In this document: in pieces, positions 10,029 through 20,661 of the stretch
Layout: every line of letters begins with the position of its first letter
How positions within the stretch are numbered: the first letter of the stretch is position 1
Assembly (NCBI RefSeq): GCF_046484155.1
Contig: NZ_JAWOBT010000133.1
Span: forward strand, 5,785 to 69,784
Length of the DNA stretch: 64,000 bases
Direction of reading: 5' to 3'
DNA from: Alkalibacterium sp.
Lineage (GTDB): Bacteria > Bacillota > Bacilli > Lactobacillales > Carnobacteriaceae_A
Notes under the pieces: model-generated
The model's input: only the letters and a program-made list of their open reading frames with translations
What the model was told of the DNA's origin: nothing
The model's database searches: none
Program-made: the position numbers and the translations under genes

Positions 10029-10313
10029 ATGTTGAAAATGAATTTACAATTGTTCGCTCATAAAAAAGGTGGCGGTTCAACAACTAACGGCCGTGACTCA
10101 CAATCAAAACGTTTAGGAGCTAAACGCGCTGATGGACAAGTTGTCTCTGGAGGATCTATTTTATTCCGTCAAAGAGGAACTAAAATCTATCCAGGTGAAA
10201 ACGTAGGTCGAGGCGGAGACGATACTTTATTTGCTAAAATCGATGGTATTGTTCGCTTTGAACGTAAAGGGAAAAACAATAAGCAAGTTTCTGTTTATCC
10301 TGTAGCTAACTAA
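10029..10313 (+). CDS. rpmA: 50S ribosomal protein L27 with Prp-cleaved N-terminal extension
   Basis: MLKMNLQLF|AHKKGGGST; SD GGAGGTG before the ATG at 10029. Confidence 0.98.
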   Translation: MLKMNLQLFAHKKGGGSTTNGRDSQSKRLGAKRADGQVVSGGSILFRQRGTKIYPGENVGRGGDDTLFAKIDGIVRFERKGKNNKQVSVYPVAN

Positions 10314-10327
10314 TCTAGATATTAACT

Positions 10328-10366
10328 GGAATCATAAATCTTTTTAGATTTTGATTCCTTTTTTTT
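10328..10366 (+). terminator. Terminator of the rplU operon
   Basis: GGAATC...GATTCC hairpin followed by T8. Confidence 0.75.
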
Positions 10367-10534
10367 CTATCTAAAAATCTGAAACGCTGTCATGATGCAG
10401 GATTAAAACTTTACATTAAAATCTTAAATCTTGAACATGCTTAGTGAATAAGTTAAGATGATAGAAGTATGCGTGTTTCACTTTCATACTATATAAAAAA
10501 TTGAGATATAGCTTTAAATGAAAGGATTGTTGTA

Positions 10535-11542
10535 TTGGATACCACTAAAGTAGAAGATTTTTATACTGTTTTATTAGAATCGACAAAACTTATCAAAAAT
10601 GACTTAGATTCTACCTTTATAGAAGCTTTTATTGAAACAGGTGAAAACATCATTGATAATGGAAAAATTCATATTGAGAATAACCTGCCTAGACCAGAAA
10701 CTAGAAAAAAGTTGAAAAAAATGTATGATTCTTTATCCATTGATGATTTGACACTGGAAGAAAAGAAAAAAGCCATACAGATGATGTTAATTAATACAGT
10801 GAAAGAAGAGCGATTACAAGTTAATCATCAACCGACTCCTGATGGTATTGGTGTTATACTGTCTTATTTCATAGAATTATTTTATGAAAAAGATGAGGCG
10901 CTGCATCTGGCAGATTTATCAGTCGGAAGTGGGAATTTATTATATACTCTTTTTACGACGCTGTTTTCAAGCAATCCAAAAATCAGATTGACCGGTGTGG
11001 ATAATGATGATTTACTTATATCATTAGCATCTACTATTTCCGCATTATTAAATATTCCGATTCATTTAATGCATCAAGATGCCTTGCAACCTCTTTTATT
11101 GGATCCAGTAGACTTAATGGTCTCAGATCTTCCAATAGGCTATTATCCTAAGGATGTAGAGAGTGATGCATTTCAAACTGGATTTGAAGAAGGGTATTCT
11201 TATAGTCACTATTTACTTATTGAACAAGGGCTTAATTATTTGAAAGAGAATGGGTATGCTTTTTATTTGTTGCCAACAAATGTGTTTGAATCAGAAGAGG
11301 TGAAAAGTTTACTGCAGTATGTTCATTCTGTGGGCCATGTCCAAGCCATTATCCATATGCCACATGAATGGTTCAGTTCAACCCAATCAAGAAAATCCCT
11401 ATTTATCGTGCAGAAAAAGGGTGATAAAAGTAAACAAGTTTCTGAAGTTTTGGTATCAACTGTACCTAGTCTCAACGATCAGAATGCATTCAAGGAATTT
11501 ATTCTAGATATAAAAAAATGGAAAAAAGAGCAACAAATATAA
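10535..11542 (+). CDS. YtxK-like adenine-specific SAM-dependent methyltransferase
   Basis: NHQPTPD, DLSVGSGNL, SDLPIGYYP; conserved position before ackA. Confidence 0.88.
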   Translation: MDTTKVEDFYTVLLESTKLIKNDLDSTFIEAFIETGENIIDNGKIHIENNLPRPETRKKLKKMYDSLSIDDLTLEEKKKAIQMMLINTVKEERLQVNHQPTPDGIGVILSYFIELFYEKDEALHLADLSVGSGNLLYTLFTTLFSSNPKIRLTGVDNDDLLISLASTISALLNIPIHLMHQDALQPLLLDPVDLMVSDLPIGYYPKDVESDAFQTGFEEGYSYSHYLLIEQGLNYLKENGYAFYLLPTNVFESEEVKSLLQYVHSVGHVQAIIHMPHEWFSSTQSRKSLFIVQKKGDKSKQVSEVLVSTVPSLNDQNAFKEFILDIKKWKKEQQI

Positions 11543-11564
11543 ATGAAAAAAGGGAGCGACTGAT

Positions 11565-12755
11565 ATGTCAAAAACGATTGCAATTAACGCTGGAAGTTCA
11601 AGTTTGAAATGGAAATTATTTAAAATGCCAGAAGAAGAAGAGTTAGCATCTGGGATTGTTGAACGCATTGGTTTAAACGATTCTATTTTTTCAATTAAAT
11701 ATAATGATGGTGAAAAGTACAAGCAAATTGTCGATATCGCTGATCATGAAATTGCTGTCGAAATGTTATTGAAACAATTAATAGAATTAAATATTATTGG
11801 AGACTTCAACGAAATCAAAGGTGTAGGACATCGTGTTGTTGCCGGTGGAGAAATTTTTAAAGATTCAGCAGTAGTAACTGATGAAGTCATTGAACAAATT
11901 GAAAGCTTATCTGAATTTGCACCGTTGCACAATCCGGCAAATGCAACAGGAATCAAAGTGTTCAGAAAAATCTTGCCAGACATTACAAGTGTCGCAGTAT
12001 TTGACACGTCTTTCCATCAAACAATGCCTAAAGTAAACTATTTATATAGTATTCCTTTAGAATATTATGAAAAACATAATGCTCGTAAATATGGCGCACA
12101 TGGAACAAGTCACAAATATGTTGCTCAAAAAGCGGCGGAGATGTTAGAAAAACCAATTGAAGATTTAAAAATCATTACGTGCCATTTAGGTAATGGCGCT
12201 TCCATTACAGCCGTAGATGGTGGTAAATCTGTAGATACTTCAATGGGATTCACTCCATTAGCAGGTTTAACTATGGGGACTAGATCAGGGGATATCGATG
12301 CTTCATTGCTTCCATTTTTAATGGAAAAAGAAGGTATTGAGTCCATTAACGATATGATCTATATTTTAAATAATGAATCTGGATTAAAAGGGATTTCTGG
12401 TATTTCAAGTGATATGAGAGATTTAGAAGATGTAGAAGATACAAATGAACGAGCAGAATTAGCTTTACGCATATTCGAAGATAGAGTTAAAAAGTACATC
12501 GGTTCATATGCAGCAACCATGAATGGCGTTGATGCTATCGTCTTTACAGCAGGTATCGGTGAAAATGGCGTAGAAACACGTGAGAATGTTATCAACGGTA
12601 TTTCTTTCCTTGATGTTCATATCGATGAGGAAAAAAATAATGTCAGAGGCAAACAAAGAATCATTTCAACAGATGATTCAAAAGTTAAAGTGTTACTGAT
12701 CCCTACAGATGAAGAAGTTATGATTGCTCGTGATGTACAAAAATTCAGTAATTAA
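11565..12755 (+). CDS. ackA: Acetate kinase
   Basis: [40 protein letters not shown]. Confidence 0.98.
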   Translation: MSKTIAINAGSSSLKWKLFKMPEEEELASGIVERIGLNDSIFSIKYNDGEKYKQIVDIADHEIAVEMLLKQLIELNIIGDFNEIKGVGHRVVAGGEIFKDSAVVTDEVIEQIESLSEFAPLHNPANATGIKVFRKILPDITSVAVFDTSFHQTMPKVNYLYSIPLEYYEKHNARKYGAHGTSHKYVAQKAAEMLEKPIEDLKIITCHLGNGASITAVDGGKSVDTSMGFTPLAGLTMGTRSGDIDASLLPFLMEKEGIESINDMIYILNNESGLKGISGISSDMRDLEDVEDTNERAELALRIFEDRVKKYIGSYAATMNGVDAIVFTAGIGENGVETRENVINGISFLDVHIDEEKNNVRGKQRIISTDDSKVKVLLIPTDEEVMIARDVQKFSN

Positions 12756-12761
12756 TTACTG

Positions 12762-12809
12762 AAAAAAAGGCTTGTCTTTTCCGAATTAACGGAGAAGACA
12801 AGCCTTTTT
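12762..12809. terminator. Bidirectional terminator between ackA and uspA
   Basis: A run, GGCTTGTCTT..AAGACAAGCC hairpin, T run. Confidence 0.85.
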
Positions 12810-12812
12810 ATT

Positions 12813-13277
12813 TTACTCTTCAATATATTTATTATCCAAATCAGTACGAACGATTAAGACGTCGCATTTAGCTTGACGTATAACGTATTCAGAAACAGAA
12901 CCAACGAATATACGTTCAACTGCATTTAAACCAGTGGCACCAAGCATGATTAAATCAACATTTTCAGCTTCTGGTATTTGTTTTGCAATCATTACTTTTG
13001 GTGATCCATATTCTAAGACAGTCCTGACTTGTGACAGTCCTTCTTTCTTGGCATACGCTTTATAATCATTAAGTGTACCTTTAGCTTCTTCACGAGCGTT
13101 ATCAGCGATCGAACCATCAAACGTACTGAATGATTGATAGGCTCTAGTGTCAATGACATGTGTGAGAACAAGAACAGCATCATTTCTTTTGGCTACTTCA
13201 ACTGCTTTTTTGAAAGCTTTCTCTGCTTGAGCAGAACCATCGATAGCTATTAAAATCGTTTTATACTCTTGTAACAT
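12813..13277 (-). CDS. Universal stress protein
   Basis: ILIAIDGS, GSPK, DLIMLGATG...GSVS; likely start MLQEY at 13277. Confidence 0.93.
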   Translation of the reverse strand: MLQEYKTILIAIDGSAQAEKAFKKAVEVAKRNDAVLVLTHVIDTRAYQSFSTFDGSIADNAREEAKGTLNDYKAYAKKEGLSQVRTVLEYGSPKVMIAKQIPEAENVDLIMLGATGLNAVERIFVGSVSEYVIRQAKCDVLIVRTDLDNKYIEE

Positions 13278-13347
13278 GTTACGCACAACCCTTCTTTTAT
13301 TCTTACTTATATTATACTAAAGTTTAGAATAATTACCTAATAAAAGG

Positions 13348-13383
13348 AAAACAGAGCCAAGACATATGTCTTGGCTCTGTTTT
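13348..13383 (-). terminator. 6S RNA terminator (perfect 36-bp palindrome)
   Basis: AAAACAGAGCCAAGACAT|ATGTCTTGGCTCTGTTTT. Confidence 0.75.
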
Positions 13384-13394
13384 AAACTAAGTAT

Positions 13395-13583
13395 AAGAAA
13401 TCCGATGGTGCCGGTTGAACGCCATATTAGGTTGAACCCGCTATAAGCAGGTGGGCTTCACCAGAAAAATATTTGACTTCCAAATGATAAGGCATGTCAG
13501 CAATTTCTCCTTTAGAATCCCAATGTTTTAATAAAATGTTCGGTCAACACTGTTGTAGGCATCGCGTACACCTCAGAATTCTT
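13395..13583 (-). ncRNA. ssrS: 6S RNA
   Basis: About 190-nt rod with paired ends (AAGAATTCTGAGGTGT...GCACCATCGGATTTCTT), GCCCACCTG..GCGGGTTCAA motif, rarA-6S-uspA synteny, minus-strand promoter TTGACT-17-TAATAT at 13618-13590. Confidence 0.9.
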
Positions 13584-13642
13584 ATCTTTATATTAGCACA
13601 GAGTGGCTATTTAGTCAATGAGGAGTGCTCATTAGAGAACAA

Positions 13643-14908
13643 TTATTTGTTCTTGAATTTTGCTAGTTGATTGCTTAAAGCATTCTCAAATTTGGATGTC
13701 ATAATTGGATTATAATACTGTTTGTTTTTGATGATATCTGGTAAATATTGCTGTTTTATCCAATGATTTTCATAGTCGTGAGGGTACTTGTACCCGATTC
13801 CACTGCCTAGTTTTTCTGCACCTAGATAGTGTGCATCTTTTAAATGGCTTGGAACATCTCCCGCCAGCCCGTTTCTGACGTCGCTTAAAGCTGCGTCTAT
13901 TGCCACTATAGCACTATTAGACTTAGGAGATAAGCACATTTCAATAACTGCATTAGAAAGAGGTATACGAGCTTCTGGGAACCCTATCTTTTCTGCTGCT
14001 TCTACGGCCGTCACGACACGGGCAACTCCTGCCGGATTAGCTAGGCCGATATCTTCATAGGCCGTCACTATGAGCCGTCTAATGATTACCTTTAGTTCTC
14101 CAGCTTCTATCAGGCGAGCCAAGTAATGAAGAGCGGCGTGGACATCACTGCCTCGGATTGACTTTTGGAAGGCAGAAATAGCATTATAATGGCCATCTCC
14201 ATCCTTATCGTGGCTTAAAGACTTTCTTTGTAAACATTCTTCGGCAACGTCTGAAGATATAACGATGATTCCATCTTTATCGGGTTCTGTTGATTTAGCA
14301 GCTAATTCTAAGGCGTTCAGAGCGCTCCTCAAATCGCCTTGCGTTGAACGAGCAAAATAATTCAAAACTTTTTCATCAATATTAATAGGGTATTGTGCTA
14401 AACCGTTTTCTTCATCTAATAAAGCTCTATTTAATGCGGATGAAATTTGAGACTCATTTAAGGGTTTCAACTCAAATATTTGTGCCCGACTTCTAATGGC
14501 GGGATGAATGGAAATGTAAGGATTCTCCGTGGTTGCCCCTATCAATACAATTCGTCCATTCTCGAGATGGGGGAGTAAAAAGTCCTGTTTGGGCTTATCT
14601 AAACGATGTACCTCATCAAGCAGCAGGACGACAGTACCGCTCATTTTTGCTTCTTCTACAACAATTTCCAAATCTTTTTTCTTGTCCGTTGCGGCGTTCA
14701 ACATACGAAAAGCATATTGCGTGGATCCAGCTATGGCACTGGCTATACTGGTTTTTCCTATACCGGGAGGACCGTATAAAATCATCGAAGAGAGCTGTTT
14801 GGCCTTCACCATTCTCCGTATGATTTTGCCTTCTCCCACTAGATGGGATTGTCCGACAATATTTTCAATCGTTTTTGGACGCATGCGGTAGGCTAATGGT
14901 TTGTTCAA
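13643..14908 (-). CDS. rarA: Replication-associated recombination protein A (AAA+ ATPase)
   Basis: PLAYRMRP, GPPGIGKT, DEVHR, GATTENP, KSIRGSD, YKYPHD; TTG start at 14908 behind AGGAG. Confidence 0.95.
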   Translation of the reverse strand: MNKPLAYRMRPKTIENIVGQSHLVGEGKIIRRMVKAKQLSSMILYGPPGIGKTSIASAIAGSTQYAFRMLNAATDKKKDLEIVVEEAKMSGTVVLLLDEVHRLDKPKQDFLLPHLENGRIVLIGATTENPYISIHPAIRSRAQIFELKPLNESQISSALNRALLDEENGLAQYPINIDEKVLNYFARSTQGDLRSALNALELAAKSTEPDKDGIIVISSDVAEECLQRKSLSHDKDGDGHYNAISAFQKSIRGSDVHAALHYLARLIEAGELKVIIRRLIVTAYEDIGLANPAGVARVVTAVEAAEKIGFPEARIPLSNAVIEMCLSPKSNSAIVAIDAALSDVRNGLAGDVPSHLKDAHYLGAEKLGSGIGYKYPHDYENHWIKQQYLPDIIKNKQYYNPIMTSKFENALSNQLAKFKNK

Positions 14909-15098
14909 TTCGATTCTCCTTTGGAAAATTATGATCATATTATTATTCTTTTTAATTATATCATTCTTTTGGATACAATAAAATAAACATGAACAACTGT
15001 TTGCTATAATCTTGTGTCCATTTTTCTAGGTTCACTGCTAACTTTGTGATAAGATAGAATTTGATATTAATAGGAATTTATAAATGAGGAAGTATAGA

Positions 15099-17366
15099 AT
15101 GAATTTAAAACAAATCATACAAGAAAATAAACTTGAACCATATTTTATAAAAGGATCGTTTGGTATTGAAAAAGAGGGGCTCAGAGTGGATAAAGAAGGG
15201 TATTTAGCTTTAACTGATCATCCCTCTCTTTTTGGTAATCGTAACCATCATCCTTATATTCAAACAGATTTCAGCGAATCCCAACTTGAATTAGTGACTC
15301 CGCCTCAAGACACGCTAGAGCAGCAGTATCAATGGTTAAAGGCGTTACACGATGTAGTTAATCGTACACTACCAGAAGATGAGTTTGTCTGGCCGTTCAG
15401 TATGCCTAATGTTTTGCCCAAAGAAGAAGACATCCCGCTTATTAAAGTGGAGGATTCAAGCGAAATTAAATACCGTGAAAATCTAGCCGAGAAATATGGA
15501 AAGAAAAAACAAATGATAAGCGGTGTACATTTCAATTTCTCGTTTGACCCAGTACTTTTAGAAAAACTGAGTGAACATCTCCAGGAATATAGTGAATTGG
15601 ATGAATGGTGCAACGACCTATATCTTAAAATGTCTCGGAATTATCTAAGATATCAGTGGATATTGACTTATTTATTTGGTGCGTCACCGGTGAGTCACCC
15701 ATCTTTACTAGACAGTGAATCGATCGGAATGGTTAGAAGCATTAGAAACAGCACATATGGCTATCATAATACCTTTACAGACAATGTTTCTTACGAGTCT
15801 ATAGGTAGATATATCGATGACATTGAACGATTGGTAAAAAATAATACATTATACGAAGAAAGAGAATATTATGGTTCGTCCAGGCTTAGAGGGAAAGGTA
15901 AATACGTGTGTCAATTGATCAATAACGGAGCACGGTATGTCGAGTTCAGATCGTTCGACGTAAATCCTTTTGATCCTTTAGGTTTCTCGTATGAACAATC
16001 TCTTTTCGTTCATATTTATTTATTAACGATGGTATGGATGGACGAGGATAATTCAGATGAAGACATTAAACTAGGTATTGAAATGAATGCACAGACTTCT
16101 CTTGAGAAGCCTTTCGAAACATCACGTTATCATGAAGAGGGTCTTTCGCTTTTAATTATGATGAAAAAAACTTGTAGTGAATTGAATTTGCCCGATGAAT
16201 ACGCTGATGCCATTGATGAAGCGATACATATACTCCATCATCCGGAAGAAACGTTAGCTGCTAAAATAGTGACGAGACTAAAAGAAAAGTCATCTTTTAT
16301 CGATTTAGGTATCGAAATAGGACTGGACTACAAACAGAATTCACTTGAAAAACCGTTTCTTTTAAATGGTTTCGAAACGATGGAGATGAGTTCACAATTA
16401 CTGTTGTATGATGCTTTGCAAATGGGGATAAAAACGACAGTATTAGATGCGAACGACCAGTTTTTAGCTTTCAATTACAATGGCAAAAAAGAGTATGTGA
16501 GAAATGGCAATATGACATCGAAAGATACGTATATTTCTCACTGGATCATGGCTAATAAAACAGTGACTAAAAAAGTGTTGAGAGAAAATGATTTCTCAGT
16601 GCCCGCTGGTGAAGAGTTTTCTTCATTTACAGAAGCAAAAAACCATTATGAATTGGCAGCCAAACAATCAATTGTGGTCAAACCTAAATCTACGAACTAT
16701 GGAATCGGGATATCTATTTTCAAACAATTGCCTTCAAAAAGAGCCTACGAAGATGCTCTGACTATTGCATTCAAAGAGGATGACGGCATCTTAGTAGAAG
16801 AGTATATCGAAGGAACCGAATATCGCTTTTTTGTTCTTGACGAAAAAGTTGAAGCAGTCTTACTTCGTGAACCTGCTAATATAACAGGTGACGGTAAACA
16901 TACCATTAGAGAATTGATTGCATTAAAGAACAAACATCCTTATCGAGGCGAGAACCATCGCGCACCTCTTGAGAAAATCAAGACTGGTGAAATAGAAGCA
17001 TTGATGCTTAACGAACAAGATTATACGTTTGACAGCATTATAGAAAACAATAAGAAAGTGTATCTCCGCGAAAATTCAAATATCTCCACGGGAGGCGATT
17101 CCATTGATGTCACCGATGATATTCATGAAAGTTATAAGCGGATCGCCGAAGAAATAGCTAAAGCATTGAATGTGAAAGTTACAGGTTTAGATTTGATTAT
17201 ACCCGATATCACTTTGGCAAGTACTAAGGAAAATCAGGGATACACAGTTATTGAAGCTAATTTTAATCCTGCAATGAATATGCATGCTTTTGTGCAAAAA
17301 GGTAAGGGAAGACGTCTATCAAAGAAAGTATTGGAAATGTTATATCCCGATATTGAACTTTCATAG
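15099..17366 (+). CDS. gshAB: Bifunctional glutamate--cysteine ligase/glutathione synthetase
   Basis: GIEKEGLRV, TDFSESQLE, SGVHFNFS plus ATP-grasp VVKPKSTNYG, EYRF, NSNISTGGD, IEANFNP. Confidence 0.95.
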   Translation: MNLKQIIQENKLEPYFIKGSFGIEKEGLRVDKEGYLALTDHPSLFGNRNHHPYIQTDFSESQLELVTPPQDTLEQQYQWLKALHDVVNRTLPEDEFVWPFSMPNVLPKEEDIPLIKVEDSSEIKYRENLAEKYGKKKQMISGVHFNFSFDPVLLEKLSEHLQEYSELDEWCNDLYLKMSRNYLRYQWILTYLFGASPVSHPSLLDSESIGMVRSIRNSTYGYHNTFTDNVSYESIGRYIDDIERLVKNNTLYEEREYYGSSRLRGKGKYVCQLINNGARYVEFRSFDVNPFDPLGFSYEQSLFVHIYLLTMVWMDEDNSDEDIKLGIEMNAQTSLEKPFETSRYHEEGLSLLIMMKKTCSELNLPDEYADAIDEAIHILHHPEETLAAKIVTRLKEKSSFIDLGIEIGLDYKQNSLEKPFLLNGFETMEMSSQLLLYDALQMGIKTTVLDANDQFLAFNYNGKKEYVRNGNMTSKDTYISHWIMANKTVTKKVLRENDFSVPAGEEFSSFTEAKNHYELAAKQSIVVKPKSTNYGIGISIFKQLPSKRAYEDALTIAFKEDDGILVEEYIEGTEYRFFVLDEKVEAVLLREPANITGDGKHTIRELIALKNKHPYRGENHRAPLEKIKTGEIEALMLNEQDYTFDSIIENNKKVYLRENSNISTGGDSIDVTDDIHESYKRIAEEIAKALNVKVTGLDLIIPDITLASTKENQGYTVIEANFNPAMNMHAFVQKGKGRRLSKKVLEMLYPDIELS

Positions 17367-17385
17367 TTTAGAAAGGACCTTTTTT

Positions 17386-18543
17386 ATGACTGAGACTATA
17401 TATTTAGATCATGCAGCAACCACACCTATGCATCCAAAAGTTATTGATGAAATGACAGATGCAATGAAAAACCATTACGGAAATGCTTCGAGCATCCATC
17501 AAATTGGTCGAGAAAGCAAAGGCATACTTGAAGAAGCTCGACGAACTTTCGCTAGAAGTATCCAAGCGAGACCCCACGAAATCATTATGACGAGTGGAGG
17601 AACCGAAAGTGATAATATGGCCATAATCAAAACAGCTGAAAAATTTAAAAATCATGGCAAACATATCATCACGACAGCAGTTGAGCACCCTGCTGTATTG
17701 GAACCCATGGAACACTTGGAAAGTGAAGGGTTTGACGTTACGTTCCTACCGGTCAACGAACATGGCGAAGTAACGCTTGAACAAGTCAAAGAAGCTATAC
17801 GTGAAGACACGATCCTTATTTCTATTATGTATGGTAATAATGAAATAGGAAGCCTGATGCCGATAAACGCCATCGGAAATTATTTAAGAGAATCAGACAC
17901 TAAAATCATCTTTCACACGGACGCTGTCCAGGCATACGGGACCGAAGATATAGATGTGAAACGAGATAATATTGACTTGCTCTCTGTTTCAGCTCATAAA
18001 ATCAACGGACCCAAGGGAATCGGTTTTATATATATAAATCAAGCTATCGTGATCCCTCGTTTAATCATGGGTGGAGAACAGGAAAATAATAAAAGAGCCG
18101 GTACGGAAAATATCCCAGCCATTGTCGGATTTAAAAAAGCCGTAGAGCTAAGAAGTGAGAACAAAGAAAAATTAAGAGATTCATACGGTCATCTTAAAGC
18201 ATTATTTTTAGAAGAATTAAAGGCTGCGGGGATCGATTTTAAAGTGAACGGGTCAATTGTGGATAGTTTACCTCACATACTCAGCGTTCATATAAAAGGT
18301 GTTTCCGCAGAAAAACTACTCATTCATTTGGATTTAGCAAAAATCGCCGTGTCAATAGGTTCGGCCTGCTCGGCGGGTAATATTGAGCCAAGTCATGTGT
18401 TAATTGCATTATATGATGAGAAACATCCAGCAGTCGAAGAAACTATACGGGTAAGTTTTGGTCAAGATGTAACGGAAGAAATGATCAGAAAAACTGTAGA
18501 TAAAATAAAATCTGCCTGTACGTTCCTGAAGAAAAATAGATAA
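17386..18543 (+). CDS. iscS: Cysteine desulfurase (IscS/YrvO-like)
   Basis: YLDHAATTP, TSGGTES, SAHK (PLP lysine), GSACS; ATG at 17386 behind AAAGGA. Confidence 0.93.
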   Translation: MTETIYLDHAATTPMHPKVIDEMTDAMKNHYGNASSIHQIGRESKGILEEARRTFARSIQARPHEIIMTSGGTESDNMAIIKTAEKFKNHGKHIITTAVEHPAVLEPMEHLESEGFDVTFLPVNEHGEVTLEQVKEAIREDTILISIMYGNNEIGSLMPINAIGNYLRESDTKIIFHTDAVQAYGTEDIDVKRDNIDLLSVSAHKINGPKGIGFIYINQAIVIPRLIMGGEQENNKRAGTENIPAIVGFKKAVELRSENKEKLRDSYGHLKALFLEELKAAGIDFKVNGSIVDSLPHILSVHIKGVSAEKLLIHLDLAKIAVSIGSACSAGNIEPSHVLIALYDEKHPAVEETIRVSFGQDVTEEMIRKTVDKIKSACTFLKKNR

Positions 18544-18573
18544 GAAAATATATATGAGAGAGGACGAGGAACA

Positions 18574-18915
18574 ATGGCAACATATAAAAAAGATCATTTA
18601 TTAGGAAGCAGTGATTATTATGAAATTCATGAAGACGCAAAGCGCTATACGCTTAGAGACAATGGGTTTCTAGAAAATAAAAATGGATCTTTTCATTATG
18701 AAAGAGTGCTATCATTAAACAGTCAAGATAAAAAAGTAGCTAAGCTGAAAATAATCATCTCTAAAGATATTGATGAACTTAAATTATCTGCAGTCACCTC
18801 AAATGGATTGAAAAAGATTGATTTATACAAATCTGATCAATTAGAAGAAGAAAGAAAATTTATTGAAGGTATACTAGATTCGTTGGTTAACGCAAAGGTT
18901 CTTAAGAAAGTTTGA
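18574..18915 (+). CDS. DUF1831-like conserved protein
   Basis: YTLRDNGF....G.F..ER.L pattern; usual position after iscS in Lactobacillales. Confidence 0.75.
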   Translation: MATYKKDHLLGSSDYYEIHEDAKRYTLRDNGFLENKNGSFHYERVLSLNSQDKKVAKLKIIISKDIDELKLSAVTSNGLKKIDLYKSDQLEEERKFIEGILDSLVNAKVLKKV

Positions 18916-18949
18916 AAAGTATTTTAAAGATAGTCGGTAAATGAGCAAA

Positions 18950-19116
18950 GCTGGGAGAGGCTGGGACAAAAGTCCGAGCCTCTTTAGCGATTTCGAATGA
19001 GTTTCATAAACATGTTCCACAAAGCAGATTCGCTGTTCGGTTTGTCATAGCCGTAGCTGCTGCAGATGGGATATGTGGTATGGACTACGAGTCTGAATGC
19101 TTTTTGTTCCACTACC
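18950..19116. repeat. Structured interspersed repeat / MITE-like element
   Basis: GC-richer intergenic unit bounded by TGGGACAAAA and TTTTGTTCCA, with terminal and internal hairpins. Confidence 0.6.
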
Positions 19117-19146
19117 TTTTTTGAAATTATCTATTGATTCCCTTGA

Positions 19147-20364
<1,218 letters not shown>

Positions 20365-20373
20365 AATATCACC

Positions 20374-20411
20374 AAAAAAAGAGTTGTTCAGATAATGAGC
20401 AACTCTTTTTT
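20374..20411 (+). terminator. mnmA terminator
   Basis: AAAAAAGAGTTG..CAACTCTTTTTT. Confidence 0.8.
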
Positions 20412-20661
20412 CTTGTCACCTGATAAAGAATCCGAAGAGTCAACTTTGGCCCAGCTATCTTTTCGATAGTCTAATAAATCACGGTCAAGACTTGTCTTAG
20501 AGGAATTCTCTTTTGTTAAAGACAGTCTTTAACTGTAAAAGGTATCCGTAGTTTACTTGCAAATAGGTTTCAACAAAATTAAAATAATGTAATCTTGTTC
20601 ATTACGGTCTATTTGTAGTATACTAACAGACAATATTAGTGTTTTTAGGGAGGGATGTTAT

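Noticed and set aside
10380-10392. cre-like TGAAACGCTGTCA before ytxK-ackA
   Set aside because: One base short of the 14-bp consensus spacing; not supportable without comparative data.
14529-14891. Antisense ORFs within rarA, and similar ones within mreB, yitT, rnjA, uvrB and pyrB
   Set aside because: Shadow frames of well-conserved genes, with no SD or protein motifs.
17284-17385. Long N-terminal extensions in the ORF track (iscS; also rpmA, mnmA, udk, pdhC, holA, rarA)
   Set aside because: Downstream starts have proper SD sequences and match the family N-termini.
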